The position numbers were made by a program, and so were the translations under genes. DNA of 64,000 nt from an uncultured Candidatus Bathyarchaeia archaeon (lineage in GTDB: Archaea; Thermoproteota; Bathyarchaeia; Bathyarchaeales; DTEX01), in contig CAZEGS010000001.1 of NCBI GenBank assembly GCA_964512445.1, positions 4,673 through 68,672 on the forward strand, read 5' to 3'. The notes beneath the pieces were generated by a model, which ran no database searches, had not been told where the DNA came from, and worked only from the letters and a program-made list of their open reading frames with translations. Numbering within the stretch: position 1 is the stretch's first letter; every line of letters starts with the position of its first letter. Positions 1 through 8,704 of the stretch are shown here, piece after piece.

Positions 1-1
1 T

Positions 2-697
2 ATTGTCTTGCCTATGCTAGAGATTAAGGATGGGAGGGTTTACAACTCGGCTGTTCTTATAGATCGTCGTGGTGATTATTTAGGAAGCTACCATAAGGTT
101 CATCCTACCATAAGCGAGATTGAAGCTGGAATCACACCTAGCCTTAAGCCTAAAGTTCTTAAAAGCGAATTTGGGCCTCTCGGCTTCGCCATATGCTTTG
201 ATTTGAACTTCCGAGATGTCGTTGAGGCTATAGCCGCAGCTGAGGCTAAATTAATCTTCTTTCCATCAGCGTATCCCGGAGGCCTTCAGCTCTCAATATG
301 GGCCTTCGATTACGGAGCCTATATAGTTTCTTCATTAAGAGGTGAAGGAAGTGTAATTGTTGATCCCTTGGGAAGGGTCTTAGCTAGGTCTAGCTCCTAT
401 AATCCGATAATTTGTAAGACTCTAAATTTGGACTATGAAATACTTCATTTAGACTACAATTATGAAAAACTGAGCGAAGTTAAACGTAAATACGGTTCCA
501 AAGTTGAGATTGACGTCTCAAGACCCGAAGCTGTATTCATACTCGCTTCAAATTTGAAGGAAAAATCTGTCAGAGAGATCATTTCGGAATTTAATCTTGA
601 AACGCGAACACTATATTTTGCTAGAGCCAACAAAGTTAGAGCTGAAGTTTTAGGGAAAATCTGCGTAAAAGGCAGGAGCAACAGTAATTGTCTCTAA
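2..697 (+). CDS. carbon-nitrogen hydrolase (nitrilase superfamily) protein, 5' end cut by window edge
   Basis: The reading frame is open to the window start. YHKVHP and GFAICFDLNF (catalytic Cys context) are typical of the CN-hydrolase fold. Confidence 0.8.
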   Translation: MVLPMLEIKDGRVYNSAVLIDRRGDYLGSYHKVHPTISEIEAGITPSLKPKVLKSEFGPLGFAICFDLNFRDVVEAIAAAEAKLIFFPSAYPGGLQLSIWAFDYGAYIVSSLRGEGSVIVDPLGRVLARSSSYNPIICKTLNLDYEILHLDYNYEKLSEVKRKYGSKVEIDVSRPEAVFILASNLKEKSVREIISEFNLETRTLYFARANKVRAEVLGKICVKGRSNSNCL

Positions 698-721
698 AAT
701 ATGCTGGGTACATGCCCCGCC

Positions 722-745
722 TTTTTATCTTTTTTATTATTTTTT
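722..745 (+). terminator. oligo-T cluster downstream of the CN-hydrolase stop
   Basis: T5 (722-726), T6 (730-735) and T6 (740-745) lie within 50 nt of the TAA at 695-697. Archaeal termination uses oligo-T runs. Confidence 0.4.
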
Positions 746-755
746 AAAAGGTCTG

Positions 756-953
756 CTATTTCGTTTTTACAATCAGCATTAATGAGCCTAAGAGGATTAG
801 AAAGATGCCGATGGTTATGAAATAGCTGGATCCCCACCCAGCGGCGGTTTGATTTGTGTAAGTGTTATAGGTTAATGCTATTCCGATGAGTGCTAGAAGT
901 AAACCTATGATTTTCTCAGCGTACGTCAAGATGAACCCGTATTTTTCGCTCAT
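756..953 (-). CDS. small membrane protein (2 predicted TM helices), hypothetical
   Basis: 65-aa ORF with two hydrophobic stretches (IIGLLLALIGIAL and FITIGIFLILLGSLMLIV), on the same strand directly downstream of top6A. Confidence 0.45.
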   Translation of the reverse strand: MSEKYGFILTYAEKIIGLLLALIGIALTYNTYTNQTAAGWGSSYFITIGIFLILLGSLMLIVKTK

Positions 954-1002
954 TCTCCAGTCGCCGATCTACTAAATCTTTATGATCCATCTATAAGTCT
1001 TT

Positions 1003-2097
1003 CTAGGCTCCTAGTTCCCTCAGTCTTTCTGGAAGATACTTATCAACAATGTGAGTTAAGCCGTATCGCGAGAAGGCTTCGAGCTCACACTTCTTCTTTA
1101 TCTTCATGAATATGTCTATTTGTTTCTGCCAATGTTTATCTTCGTATCTAGGATCATTCTTTAACTCTTTCAGACGTTTTAAATCTCTATCGTTAAGTTT
1201 TTCGCTTGGAAGCTTATAATCAATGATGTCTGAGGCCCAAACTCCAGCCCATTTAGCGTCGGGGGTTGTTAATTCTCTTAGGTGCGCTGCGTTAGCTGAG
1301 CCTGAAATTATGACCATGGCTATATGCATTCCCCAAGGATCAGCATCGCTGAAGATGTAGACTGGAAGGCCAAGCTCCTGATTTAACCTTCGAATAAAGT
1401 ATCTTGTTGAGCGGGGTGCTTGGCCAGCAGTATATATGAGGATGGAGTTGAATTTTTCGTAAACCCTTTCTTCTACGAAGCGTGTGAACATGGCGCCTTT
1501 CTCTATGACTATTACCTTGTCTGCGGTTGTTTTGATGAATCTTGCGTCGGTAAGGGCTGGCCCTATCATTACGCCGTCAGGATGGGATGAAAGATTCATT
1601 CTTCGATTCTCATATCCTGGCACAGTATATTGGATTGTTAAATCTCCGAAGACTGCTGAACGTTCTTCCGGAAATACATTAAAGGATTCCCGCGGATGCT
1701 CTATCGCCGTTTCCAAATCGGTTATTATATTGTCAGATTCTGACTGGTCTTTGAAGAAGATGTCATAAGCCTGAGCTGAATAATAAACATCTCTAAGAGT
1801 GCTCGTCTTTCTTTGCCTTAATAGTTCATGAACAAAGTATGCTGTCCAAACCATCTGGGTGAAGGGGCGGAGATGCGCTATATTCCTGGAGCTCCTTGTA
1901 ACTGTTTTGTCTCCTAGAACGTATTGTCTGTGTTGTTGACTGTAGAAGATGTTGTCTGTTGAGCGGCTTCTCATCCTAACCATCGGAAACGTGCCTTGAT
2001 CAATCTCTCTGCAGAACTTTTCTCCCATCTCTTCGAGTTTTTTCTGAACTAAGCTCTTTATGCCAGTCAGAGACGAATTATTCCTCTTATTCGACAA
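1003..2097 (-). CDS. top6A: DNA topoisomerase VI subunit A (Spo11-like)
   Basis: 364 aa. The Toprim region IVIEKGAMF..., the DADPWG motif and the overall Top6A/Spo11 layout are present. It starts 24 nt after the top6B stop. Confidence 0.93.
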   Translation of the reverse strand: MSNKRNNSSLTGIKSLVQKKLEEMGEKFCREIDQGTFPMVRMRSRSTDNIFYSQQHRQYVLGDKTVTRSSRNIAHLRPFTQMVWTAYFVHELLRQRKTSTLRDVYYSAQAYDIFFKDQSESDNIITDLETAIEHPRESFNVFPEERSAVFGDLTIQYTVPGYENRRMNLSSHPDGVMIGPALTDARFIKTTADKVIVIEKGAMFTRFVEERVYEKFNSILIYTAGQAPRSTRYFIRRLNQELGLPVYIFSDADPWGMHIAMVIISGSANAAHLRELTTPDAKWAGVWASDIIDYKLPSEKLNDRDLKRLKELKNDPRYEDKHWQKQIDIFMKIKKKCELEAFSRYGLTHIVDKYLPERLRELGA

Positions 2098-2121
2098 TGT
2101 CTTCTAATTCTCCCCAATCTA

Positions 2122-3927
2122 TTATTCACTTAAACCGTCAACATAAGCGTCAAGCAGACTCTCCATATCAGGTTTTAAAGATTTAGCTTGAACCTTAATA
2201 GCTTCGTATTTTCCTCTTAAAGTCCCATAAATTTCGGAGCTTGAGGTAAGAGCAAATTCCGGTATAAGAACCTCCCATTTAGAGTTTACAAGCCCAAGCA
2301 CCCTGACGGCTGCTGCATTTTCCTCATGCTTGTTTCTTATATGCACAAACACAACATTGTATAGGCGTGAGTCGAAGACCTCGCTGTCTACATACTCATT
2401 CAAGGTTACAAAGTCCTTAAAGACTTGTTTCCTCAGATATAGCTTGTTTATATCCGGAGGGTCTTTACGTCCAGCTAGCTCAGCTGAGAATTGAGCTATT
2501 TTTGGAAGGTATCGAGAGAATACGGCGAGTCTCCTAACTTGCCTCTTCACCCTTTCTTTTCTGGAGAGATAACGAGCCAATTGACGTGCAACTTCTCTGA
2601 TCCCGTTAAGAATCTCCCGGCTAACCTCTGGTTGATCAGCTAATATCTCTTTTCCTAAAGTCTTATAGGGAATCTTGGTGCTGCAGACATGTATGATGAC
2701 GGCGAATGGCATGCTTGGAGAGATATTATATCTCCTCCAGTTGATCGATCTAACGATCTTCCAGCAGACGTCGCCGGATTCGTCATAGACTAGCGGAATC
2801 TTATTTGCGAACCTGTAGAGAAGAATATCATCTTTCGCTGGGACCTTTCCGCCGTATGCTATTGCAACCTCGACAATAAATGGATGGCCAGAGTATGCGG
2901 AGGGCTTACGTTGATGTACAGCGACGAATTCGGGTTGAAGCTCCTTCAATACTCCGGCTCTTAGAAGATCCTCTCCAAGAGGAGATAGGCAGTCAGATTC
3001 TGGAGGAAGAAAACCGTCATATTCCTTCATTTTCTGTACGAGGTTCACAATCTCTTCAGGCCTAAGACTTTTAGGATCCTTCTTCTCCGGAACTCTGGCA
3101 TATTTTAGGAAATCCTTTGCAGTTTTCTCTCCAACCCTATGGAAGTGTCTCTGCATGAATCCCAGCATGTTCTTCTCGGTTGTAGACCGTATTATTCTCT
3201 GAATCGTTTCAACATCTACGCCGTGAGGGTGAGGATTGATCTCTTTAGGTGGAGGAGGCATCTTGTCAACTGTACGATCAAACTTGTAGAGTCTGCCGCG
3301 TGGATCGACGAATATGATGTTTGCGTATGGATTAACCATGGCGGTCTGCTTCAGATACTCAAGTACCTTTGGCATGGCTTGAGTATAGCTTCCCCTCAGA
3401 TGAATCTCGACGACTGTTCCCCGCCATCTCTTACTCTTCCTACGTAGGTTCGCATGAATTCTACGGTCAAGTATGATCGGCCTATTCTTCTCAATGTCTA
3501 TCATAAGTCTATACTCGACTATTCTAGAGTTTCCGGTGCTTGATATAGCCGTCATCGGTTTGTTAGTTGTTATCTGCCCATAGAGGATAGCCATTGTGCC
3601 GCCGAGACCAAATGTCCCACGGGTTTGTTTTAGCCGATACTTTGAGCTGAAAAGGAATTGTCCAAACGCTAGGGGTATGTGATGCGCCGCTATTCCCGAT
3701 CCGTTATCTGCAACCCTGAGGGTATAGGAATCTTCATTTTCCTCATCTTTTGAGAGACGTATATAAATTTCAGGTAGGATTCCCGCGACTTCCGCTGCGT
3801 CTAAGGAGTTCTCGACTAGTTCTCTTATAGCTGTAAAGATTGCTCTAGCGGGATTTGTGAAACCAGCTATCTCTCTATTCCTATAGAAGAAATCCGCAGG
3901 GCTTATTTCTTGAAAGACCTCTGGAAT
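2122..3927 (-). CDS. top6B: DNA topoisomerase VI subunit B (GHKL ATPase); start codon non-canonical or uncertain
   Basis: The track ORF starts at Met 3594, but the frame stays open to 3954. It encodes the conserved N-terminus ISPADFFYRNREIAGF...ELVENSLDA...DNGSGI...TRGTFGLGG (Bergerat fold). No ATG, GTG or TTG is present upstream. An in-frame ATT at 3927-3925 lies 9 nt after GGAGGAGG. Confidence 0.85.
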   Translation of the reverse strand: MPEVFQEISPADFFYRNREIAGFTNPARAIFTAIRELVENSLDAAEVAGILPEIYIRLSKDEENEDSYTLRVADNGSGIAAHHIPLAFGQFLFSSKYRLKQTRGTFGLGGTMAILYGQITTNKPMTAISSTGNSRIVEYRLMIDIEKNRPIILDRRIHANLRRKSKRWRGTVVEIHLRGSYTQAMPKVLEYLKQTAMVNPYANIIFVDPRGRLYKFDRTVDKMPPPPKEINPHPHGVDVETIQRIIRSTTEKNMLGFMQRHFHRVGEKTAKDFLKYARVPEKKDPKSLRPEEIVNLVQKMKEYDGFLPPESDCLSPLGEDLLRAGVLKELQPEFVAVHQRKPSAYSGHPFIVEVAIAYGGKVPAKDDILLYRFANKIPLVYDESGDVCWKIVRSINWRRYNISPSMPFAVIIHVCSTKIPYKTLGKEILADQPEVSREILNGIREVARQLARYLSRKERVKRQVRRLAVFSRYLPKIAQFSAELAGRKDPPDINKLYLRKQVFKDFVTLNEYVDSEVFDSRLYNVVFVHIRNKHEENAAAVRVLGLVNSKWEVLIPEFALTSSSEIYGTLRGKYEAIKVQAKSLKPDMESLLDAYVDGLSE

Positions 3928-4049
3928 AGTTGGTTTCCTCCTCCAGCGTAAATATTAGACAGTCTTTATGTCTATACTCTAGTGTAAATAAGATCACGAG
4001 CCTCAATATAAATTTCGTATAAAAATAGAACGTGGAGAAACGTTGAGCT

Positions 4050-4634
4050 TCAGTATTTCTTTGGAATGAGGGGTCTGCCCTCCCAAAGTTCAAGTTCTCT
4101 TCTTTTAAGTTCACCTCGTTTTCTCTGAAGGAATCTATAGACTGTTGCATGCTGATTTCCCTTTATGAGCATGTTAATTGCTTCCCTAGCTATCTCGGAT
4201 TGTTCCACTCCGCCTATTATGGAGACGGTGTGTCCATAGACTGAAACATAAGAGTCGGTGCATTCCTCTATTATTCTACGTGTTTTACCTTCCTTTCCGA
4301 TTATCCGACCCTTCACTCTTCTGATGTCTGACTTACTTTTTCCAAAGATGTCTCGAAGGTTGATGATTGTAAGCATCGCATCTTCGTCTTGGAGCAGACG
4401 GAACGCTCGTTGCGGTGAGAATCCTCTGCCTATTGCGAGAACAATGTCTCTCGCTTTGAAGAGGTAAGACGGATCCTTTGCATTTTCATTCATACTTATT
4501 GTGACGTCTCCTGTCTCGCTGTCTATCTCGAGTGTAACGTCAAGATTCTCCTCTATTTCACGTTTAACTTTCCCGTTTGGACCGATCAAAACGCCGATTC
4601 TTTCCTTTGGTATCTTAACGAAGAGCTGCGGCAC
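4050..4634 (-). CDS. KH-domain RNA-binding protein (Dim2/Pno1-like, Rio-associated)
   Basis: Two KH modules (IPKERIGVLIGPNGK and RVKGRIIGKEGKTRR). The likely start is GTG at 4634-4632, 6 nt after AGGAGGA, overlapping the rio1 stop. The track start is TTG at 4676. Confidence 0.85.
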   Translation of the reverse strand: MPQLFVKIPKERIGVLIGPNGKVKREIEENLDVTLEIDSETGDVTISMNENAKDPSYLFKARDIVLAIGRGFSPQRAFRLLQDEDAMLTIINLRDIFGKSKSDIRRVKGRIIGKEGKTRRIIEECTDSYVSVYGHTVSIIGGVEQSEIAREAINMLIKGNQHATVYRFLQRKRGELKRRELELWEGRPLIPKKY

Positions 4635-5415
4635 CTGTAATCCTCCTAAAAATCTCTTCGGAAGATTGAATCTCAACGTCTAATCTTTTAAAGTACCTAT
4701 TAATATTCTCGATGTCTCTCCAAAGGAACCGAGTTGCGTTTGGATGTTCTATGGAGACTGCTTGAGACACATCGAAGATTACAGGCTTGTTTTTCCATAT
4801 CATAATGTTATATTCGCTTAAGTCTCCATGGACAAGCTTCGCCTTCATGTAAAGCCTCTTGATGTAGAGAAGTAGCTGCCTATATATCTTCTCAGGATTG
4901 GAGAGCTCAACTTCTCTAAGTAAAGGTGCACTTACACCGTTCTTTCCGATGAACTCCATCAGAAGCACGTTGTTCCTGACAGTGTAAGGCTTAGGAACTC
5001 TCACTTTAGCCCTGTGAGCATCCGTTAAGTTTCTAAATTCCTTTCTTGCCCAGAGATAGATTAGATTGCGAGGGCTTCTTCTAACATGTTCAAAACGTGG
5101 ATCCCCAGATATATATGTAAGCATGCCCTTCTTGAATTCAGCTGTCACCGTTAAATAGATCTTTATAGCAAGTTCACTTCCATCCGGATGTTTACCCCAA
5201 TAAAGTTTTGATTCCTTCCCAGCCTTAACTGCGCCATAAATCTCATCAATCCATCCGTCATTCATGAGATCATAAATCGTCATCAATGTCGGCTTATCAA
5301 AAACTTCCTCGAGGGCTTCGTATTCCTCACTTCTCTTCTCCTTCATTAACTGTTCAGTCTCATAGGTCTTTTCTTGACGCTCGAGTTTCTTCCTTAGGCC
5401 TTCTTTAATTGCCAC
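4615..5415 (-). CDS. rio1: RIO-type serine/threonine protein kinase (Rio1-like)
   Basis: 266 aa. Contains the RIO N-terminal helix region, KESKLYWG, and the catalytic LVHGDLSEYNIM and IFDVSQAV motifs. Confidence 0.92.
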   Translation of the reverse strand: MAIKEGLRKKLERQEKTYETEQLMKEKRSEEYEALEEVFDKPTLMTIYDLMNDGWIDEIYGAVKAGKESKLYWGKHPDGSELAIKIYLTVTAEFKKGMLTYISGDPRFEHVRRSPRNLIYLWARKEFRNLTDAHRAKVRVPKPYTVRNNVLLMEFIGKNGVSAPLLREVELSNPEKIYRQLLLYIKRLYMKAKLVHGDLSEYNIMIWKNKPVIFDVSQAVSIEHPNATRFLWRDIENINRYFKRLDVEIQSSEEIFRRITGAAALR

Positions 5416-5440
5416 TGCTAAAACCTCTCTTTGATAGCAT

Positions 5441-5746
5441 TTAGAGCTTCAGAAGTCCCTGCTTTCGTAGATATTCAGCTTGACCCTTCGTGTATCGCCA
5501 GATTATGTCCCCGCGCGTTTCAGATTGAAAATCCCATGGGCTTACAAGAACAATATCCCCTATTCTTATCCAAACTCTTCTTTTCATCTTACCTCGAATT
5601 CTACATATTCGTTCATATCCATCTTGGCACTTCACAAGAACACGATCATTGCCGAGAAGCTTCAAGGCTACTCCGAAGACATCCGTCGCCTCCGGAAGGA
5701 CCATCTCATCAAGATTTTCTTCACTAATTACTTTTTTCTTGCCCAT
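5441..5746 (-). CDS. eif1a: translation initiation factor aIF-1A
   Basis: S1-like OB core VLVKCQDGYERICRIRGKMKRRVWIRIGDIVLVSPW. The ATG at 5746 is preceded by GAGGT. It is the first gene of the conserved aIF1A-Rio-KH operon. Confidence 0.92.
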   Translation of the reverse strand: MGKKKVISEENLDEMVLPEATDVFGVALKLLGNDRVLVKCQDGYERICRIRGKMKRRVWIRIGDIVLVSPWDFQSETRGDIIWRYTKGQAEYLRKQGLLKL

Positions 5747-5977
5747 GGATATACCTCGTAGGATGCTGACTATCTTCTCCAAATTAAATATTTAATTAAG
5801 TATAAACTCCGTCACTTAAATATCTATACGCAACATAGTCTTCTTACATTGTTCCAAAAGCCTCATAGATTGGAGATCCTTGCTGCGAAGGACATATGGA
5901 GACGAATCTTCTATTTACAGTATTTAAACCTGCGTCCTTTAGACTTTATTCCTTTGAAATAACATTGAGGATGCTGA

Positions 5978-7105
5978 TCAGATATGCTGATTCCTTATAA
6001 TTCGGGTATTCCAGCCATATTTTAATGCAGTTTTATACATCGTTAAAATGTTCTCTACCGGCACATCTGGCTGCATAGCGTGAGTTGGACCTAAGATTAG
6101 CCCTGTGGGTCCAAGCGTGGATATACGTTCCTTCACCTCCCGAGCTACATCTTCCGAACTGCCAAAAGGTAAAGTGCTCTGCACACCTATTGTTCCATCA
6201 AAACATAACTTGTCTCCATAAAGCTCCTTAAGCTTAGCCGGATCCATACATTCTGGCTGGATAGGATTTAGTATATCAACCCCTATCTCTATAAGATCTG
6301 GAATTATCGGTTCAATCCAGCCGTCGCTGTGAAAGAAAAAGAAGACTCCGTTTCTGTGGCAAAGATCTATCAGTTCAGCGTATTTAGGCTTCAAGAATCT
6401 TCTCCACATCTGAGGAGAAAGCATCATTCCCTTCTGCATTCCAACATCATCTCCATCCGTTATAACGTCAACTCCAGCTTCACATAGCAAAGAGGCTTCT
6501 TCCATCCTCAGCTTGTGTAGTCCATCCAAAATTCTGTTCGCCTCATCTGGTTTTACGAACATCTTTCGAATAATCTCCGAGAAACCAGTCAGCTGCCACG
6601 CTATCTCCCATAAATGAGTGACTCCGCCTTGCAAACAGAAGTCCTCATATTTCCTACGCATTTCTCTGACGGAGTCAATTGATTCCTCATCGATTTCCGG
6701 CCATATATAATCATCCAAACTTACCGTCTGTAATGGATGCTTTATGAATGTGTAAGTGTATGTATGATCTGGGGCCCATATGCTCTCAACCCCCCAAATA
6801 TCTCTTCTGATCTCAAATGCGCCTCTATATCCGATTGTGTAGGCGGTTCCATACGGCCCCTCCTTCTGTTCTACATTTTCTGGAAGGTAGCCTCCCCTTA
6901 GCCTCAATCCGACGCCTATGACGTCTACTCCCAAAGACTTATAGATCTTGATTCGCCCTTCCTCCGTTTTATCCTCAACGCCTAATGCTCCTCTCAATCT
7001 TTCATAAACTTCCGGACGGACACGTAGGGTGAGCGGTATCCTATCAGGATCTTCAAGCAGTATACTTCTGATACATCTTTCCCTAGATGAGATCAAAACA
7101 ATCAC
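5978..7105 (-). CDS. uroporphyrinogen decarboxylase (URO-D) family protein / MtaA-CmuA-like
   Basis: 375 aa. The C-terminal half FFFHSDGWIEPIIPDLIEIGVDILNPIQPE...ILGPTHAMQPDVPVENI matches the URO-D TIM-barrel pattern. Confidence 0.7.
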   Translation of the reverse strand: MIVLISSRERCIRSILLEDPDRIPLTLRVRPEVYERLRGALGVEDKTEEGRIKIYKSLGVDVIGVGLRLRGGYLPENVEQKEGPYGTAYTIGYRGAFEIRRDIWGVESIWAPDHTYTYTFIKHPLQTVSLDDYIWPEIDEESIDSVREMRRKYEDFCLQGGVTHLWEIAWQLTGFSEIIRKMFVKPDEANRILDGLHKLRMEEASLLCEAGVDVITDGDDVGMQKGMMLSPQMWRRFLKPKYAELIDLCHRNGVFFFFHSDGWIEPIIPDLIEIGVDILNPIQPECMDPAKLKELYGDKLCFDGTIGVQSTLPFGSSEDVAREVKERISTLGPTGLILGPTHAMQPDVPVENILTMYKTALKYGWNTRIIRNQHI

Positions 7106-7335
7106 TATCCCTGATCTATTGATCTTGAAGATTGTCTACTATTTTCGCATCTTAAATGTTATGATTTTTAGATTTCTTAAAAGAATTTGACATGAAGATT
7201 ATGAGCTTAAAGATCAGAATTGTAAAGTCTAAAATGGAGATTTAAAGATCGGTTAAACTCCAAAAAATTTAAAGATCTGATGATTTTGATAGTTTGATAA
7301 GTTAGAAGAATCTATATTGTTTGAAGGTGAAATTG

Positions 7336-8649
7336 ATGAAGAAACAGTTTCACATATTGTCATTGCTACTGCTTTCTTTGGGATTACTTCTCACATCCTC
7401 CGTCCTGAATGCTCAGAGCCAATATGTATATTATGGATATGTCCCTTTGAAGATAGTTGATGGCGGAGAATCCACATTACATATTGTTGGAAACCATAAT
7501 GAAACAAGCGTCCAAGTTTTATCTCTGCCTAAATCTGGCGTGCTGGCTGAATTTACAATTGACAGATTAGAAGAAAAGAGCTTAACGATCCCCAATGGAA
7601 CATTCTTCAAGATAGTTTCAGATAAGCCGATAATGGCTATACTAGCCGGGGGAAGCGAGGTAGAATCAGGCATCCGATCAATAACCACTTTTTATACGAG
7701 TGTTGAAGGCGGATACGTGGGTCGCGAGTTCATCTTCAGGACCTTTGCCAAGGGTAAAGGACTCGGCGCATACACGGTTTACGCATTAGAGAACTCGAAG
7801 ATAACGATATTTAATTCTACGGGAGATGAAGTTATGACTTTCACGTTGTCACCTAACGAGTATAAAGATTTCAACCTAAATCCCTTCGAGGTTCATAGGC
7901 TTGTCTCAACTGGGCGGGTAATACTCCAATCATTCGCTCAGAAGGCTCCTGGAGCTTGGGGAGGCGTAACGAGATGGAGCTCTTACTTCGTTCCCTCTCC
8001 AAAAGGCTCATTCATGGGTAGATATTTCTATGCGCGTGGCGCTTATCCAGGGCCGTACAAGATATACACCAACTACGTGTTTACATCAAGCCAGGAAGCA
8101 ACTTTGAAGGTGTATGATCTTGAAGCTAAATCTAAGATAGGAGAAGAGAAGATTCTGGTCGGCGAGAACAAGACGTTTCAATCGTTGAAGCCTCATCTCT
8201 TTTTCCAGAGTGACAAGCCTGTGATGCTTGCGATCTATGCTAATGATGGAGGGCTAATGGCTGCATGTCTAAAGGCCGGTCAGGATGTTTATCTACGCGT
8301 TCCATCAGATGAAAGTTTCATCTTTGCATGTGAAGACACTGTTTTAACTATGGATGGGGCTCAATATTCAATCTCTGCAGATGAGGCTTTCCAGATGCCT
8401 GTAGGGTTGCATGAGATAGTGGCTGACAAGAATGTAGCTGTGATAATGGTTGATTATGGCTCGGTCTCTTCTCTTCCTTCCTTTGGAGCTTGCCTACCAT
8501 CGATTCAGCTGGCGGATATAGAATATCAAGACTTGAAGATCGTCTCTTTAGAGGCGGGATTTCCATGGTTAACGATTGTAGGCGCCGTTGGTGTGGCGGT
8601 CTTGATTATTGTGGCATTAGTGGTGTTGAGAAGGATAAGATCACGATAG
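7336..8649 (+). CDS. secreted / cell-surface protein with signal peptide and C-terminal TM anchor, internally repetitive
   Basis: N-terminal MKKQFHILSLLLLSLGLLLTSSVLNA. C-terminal WLTIVGAVGVAVLIIVALVVLRRIRSR. Recurrent motifs are SDKPIMAILAGG, SDKPVMLAIYANDGG and ADKNVAVIMVDYG. Confidence 0.7.
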   Translation: MKKQFHILSLLLLSLGLLLTSSVLNAQSQYVYYGYVPLKIVDGGESTLHIVGNHNETSVQVLSLPKSGVLAEFTIDRLEEKSLTIPNGTFFKIVSDKPIMAILAGGSEVESGIRSITTFYTSVEGGYVGREFIFRTFAKGKGLGAYTVYALENSKITIFNSTGDEVMTFTLSPNEYKDFNLNPFEVHRLVSTGRVILQSFAQKAPGAWGGVTRWSSYFVPSPKGSFMGRYFYARGAYPGPYKIYTNYVFTSSQEATLKVYDLEAKSKIGEEKILVGENKTFQSLKPHLFFQSDKPVMLAIYANDGGLMAACLKAGQDVYLRVPSDESFIFACEDTVLTMDGAQYSISADEAFQMPVGLHEIVADKNVAVIMVDYGSVSSLPSFGACLPSIQLADIEYQDLKIVSLEAGFPWLTIVGAVGVAVLIIVALVVLRRIRSR

Positions 8650-8704
8650 AGCTTTTCGCCCCACAATTATGCTTAGGCTTCATTTAAACGGTAGCTCCGA
8701 GATC

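Noticed and set aside
3881-4150. Track ORF of 89 aa on the minus strand.
   Set aside because: It overlaps the true N-terminal coding region of top6B in another frame, plus the top6B promoter and intergenic region and the KH gene 3' end. Its composition is low-complexity. Treated as spurious.
8560-8649. Possible archaeosortase (PGF-CTERM-like) sorting signal at the C-terminus of the surface protein.
   Set aside because: The sequence reads AGFPW rather than PGF, and no archaeosortase gene is in the window. A plain TM anchor with a basic tail is the conservative reading.
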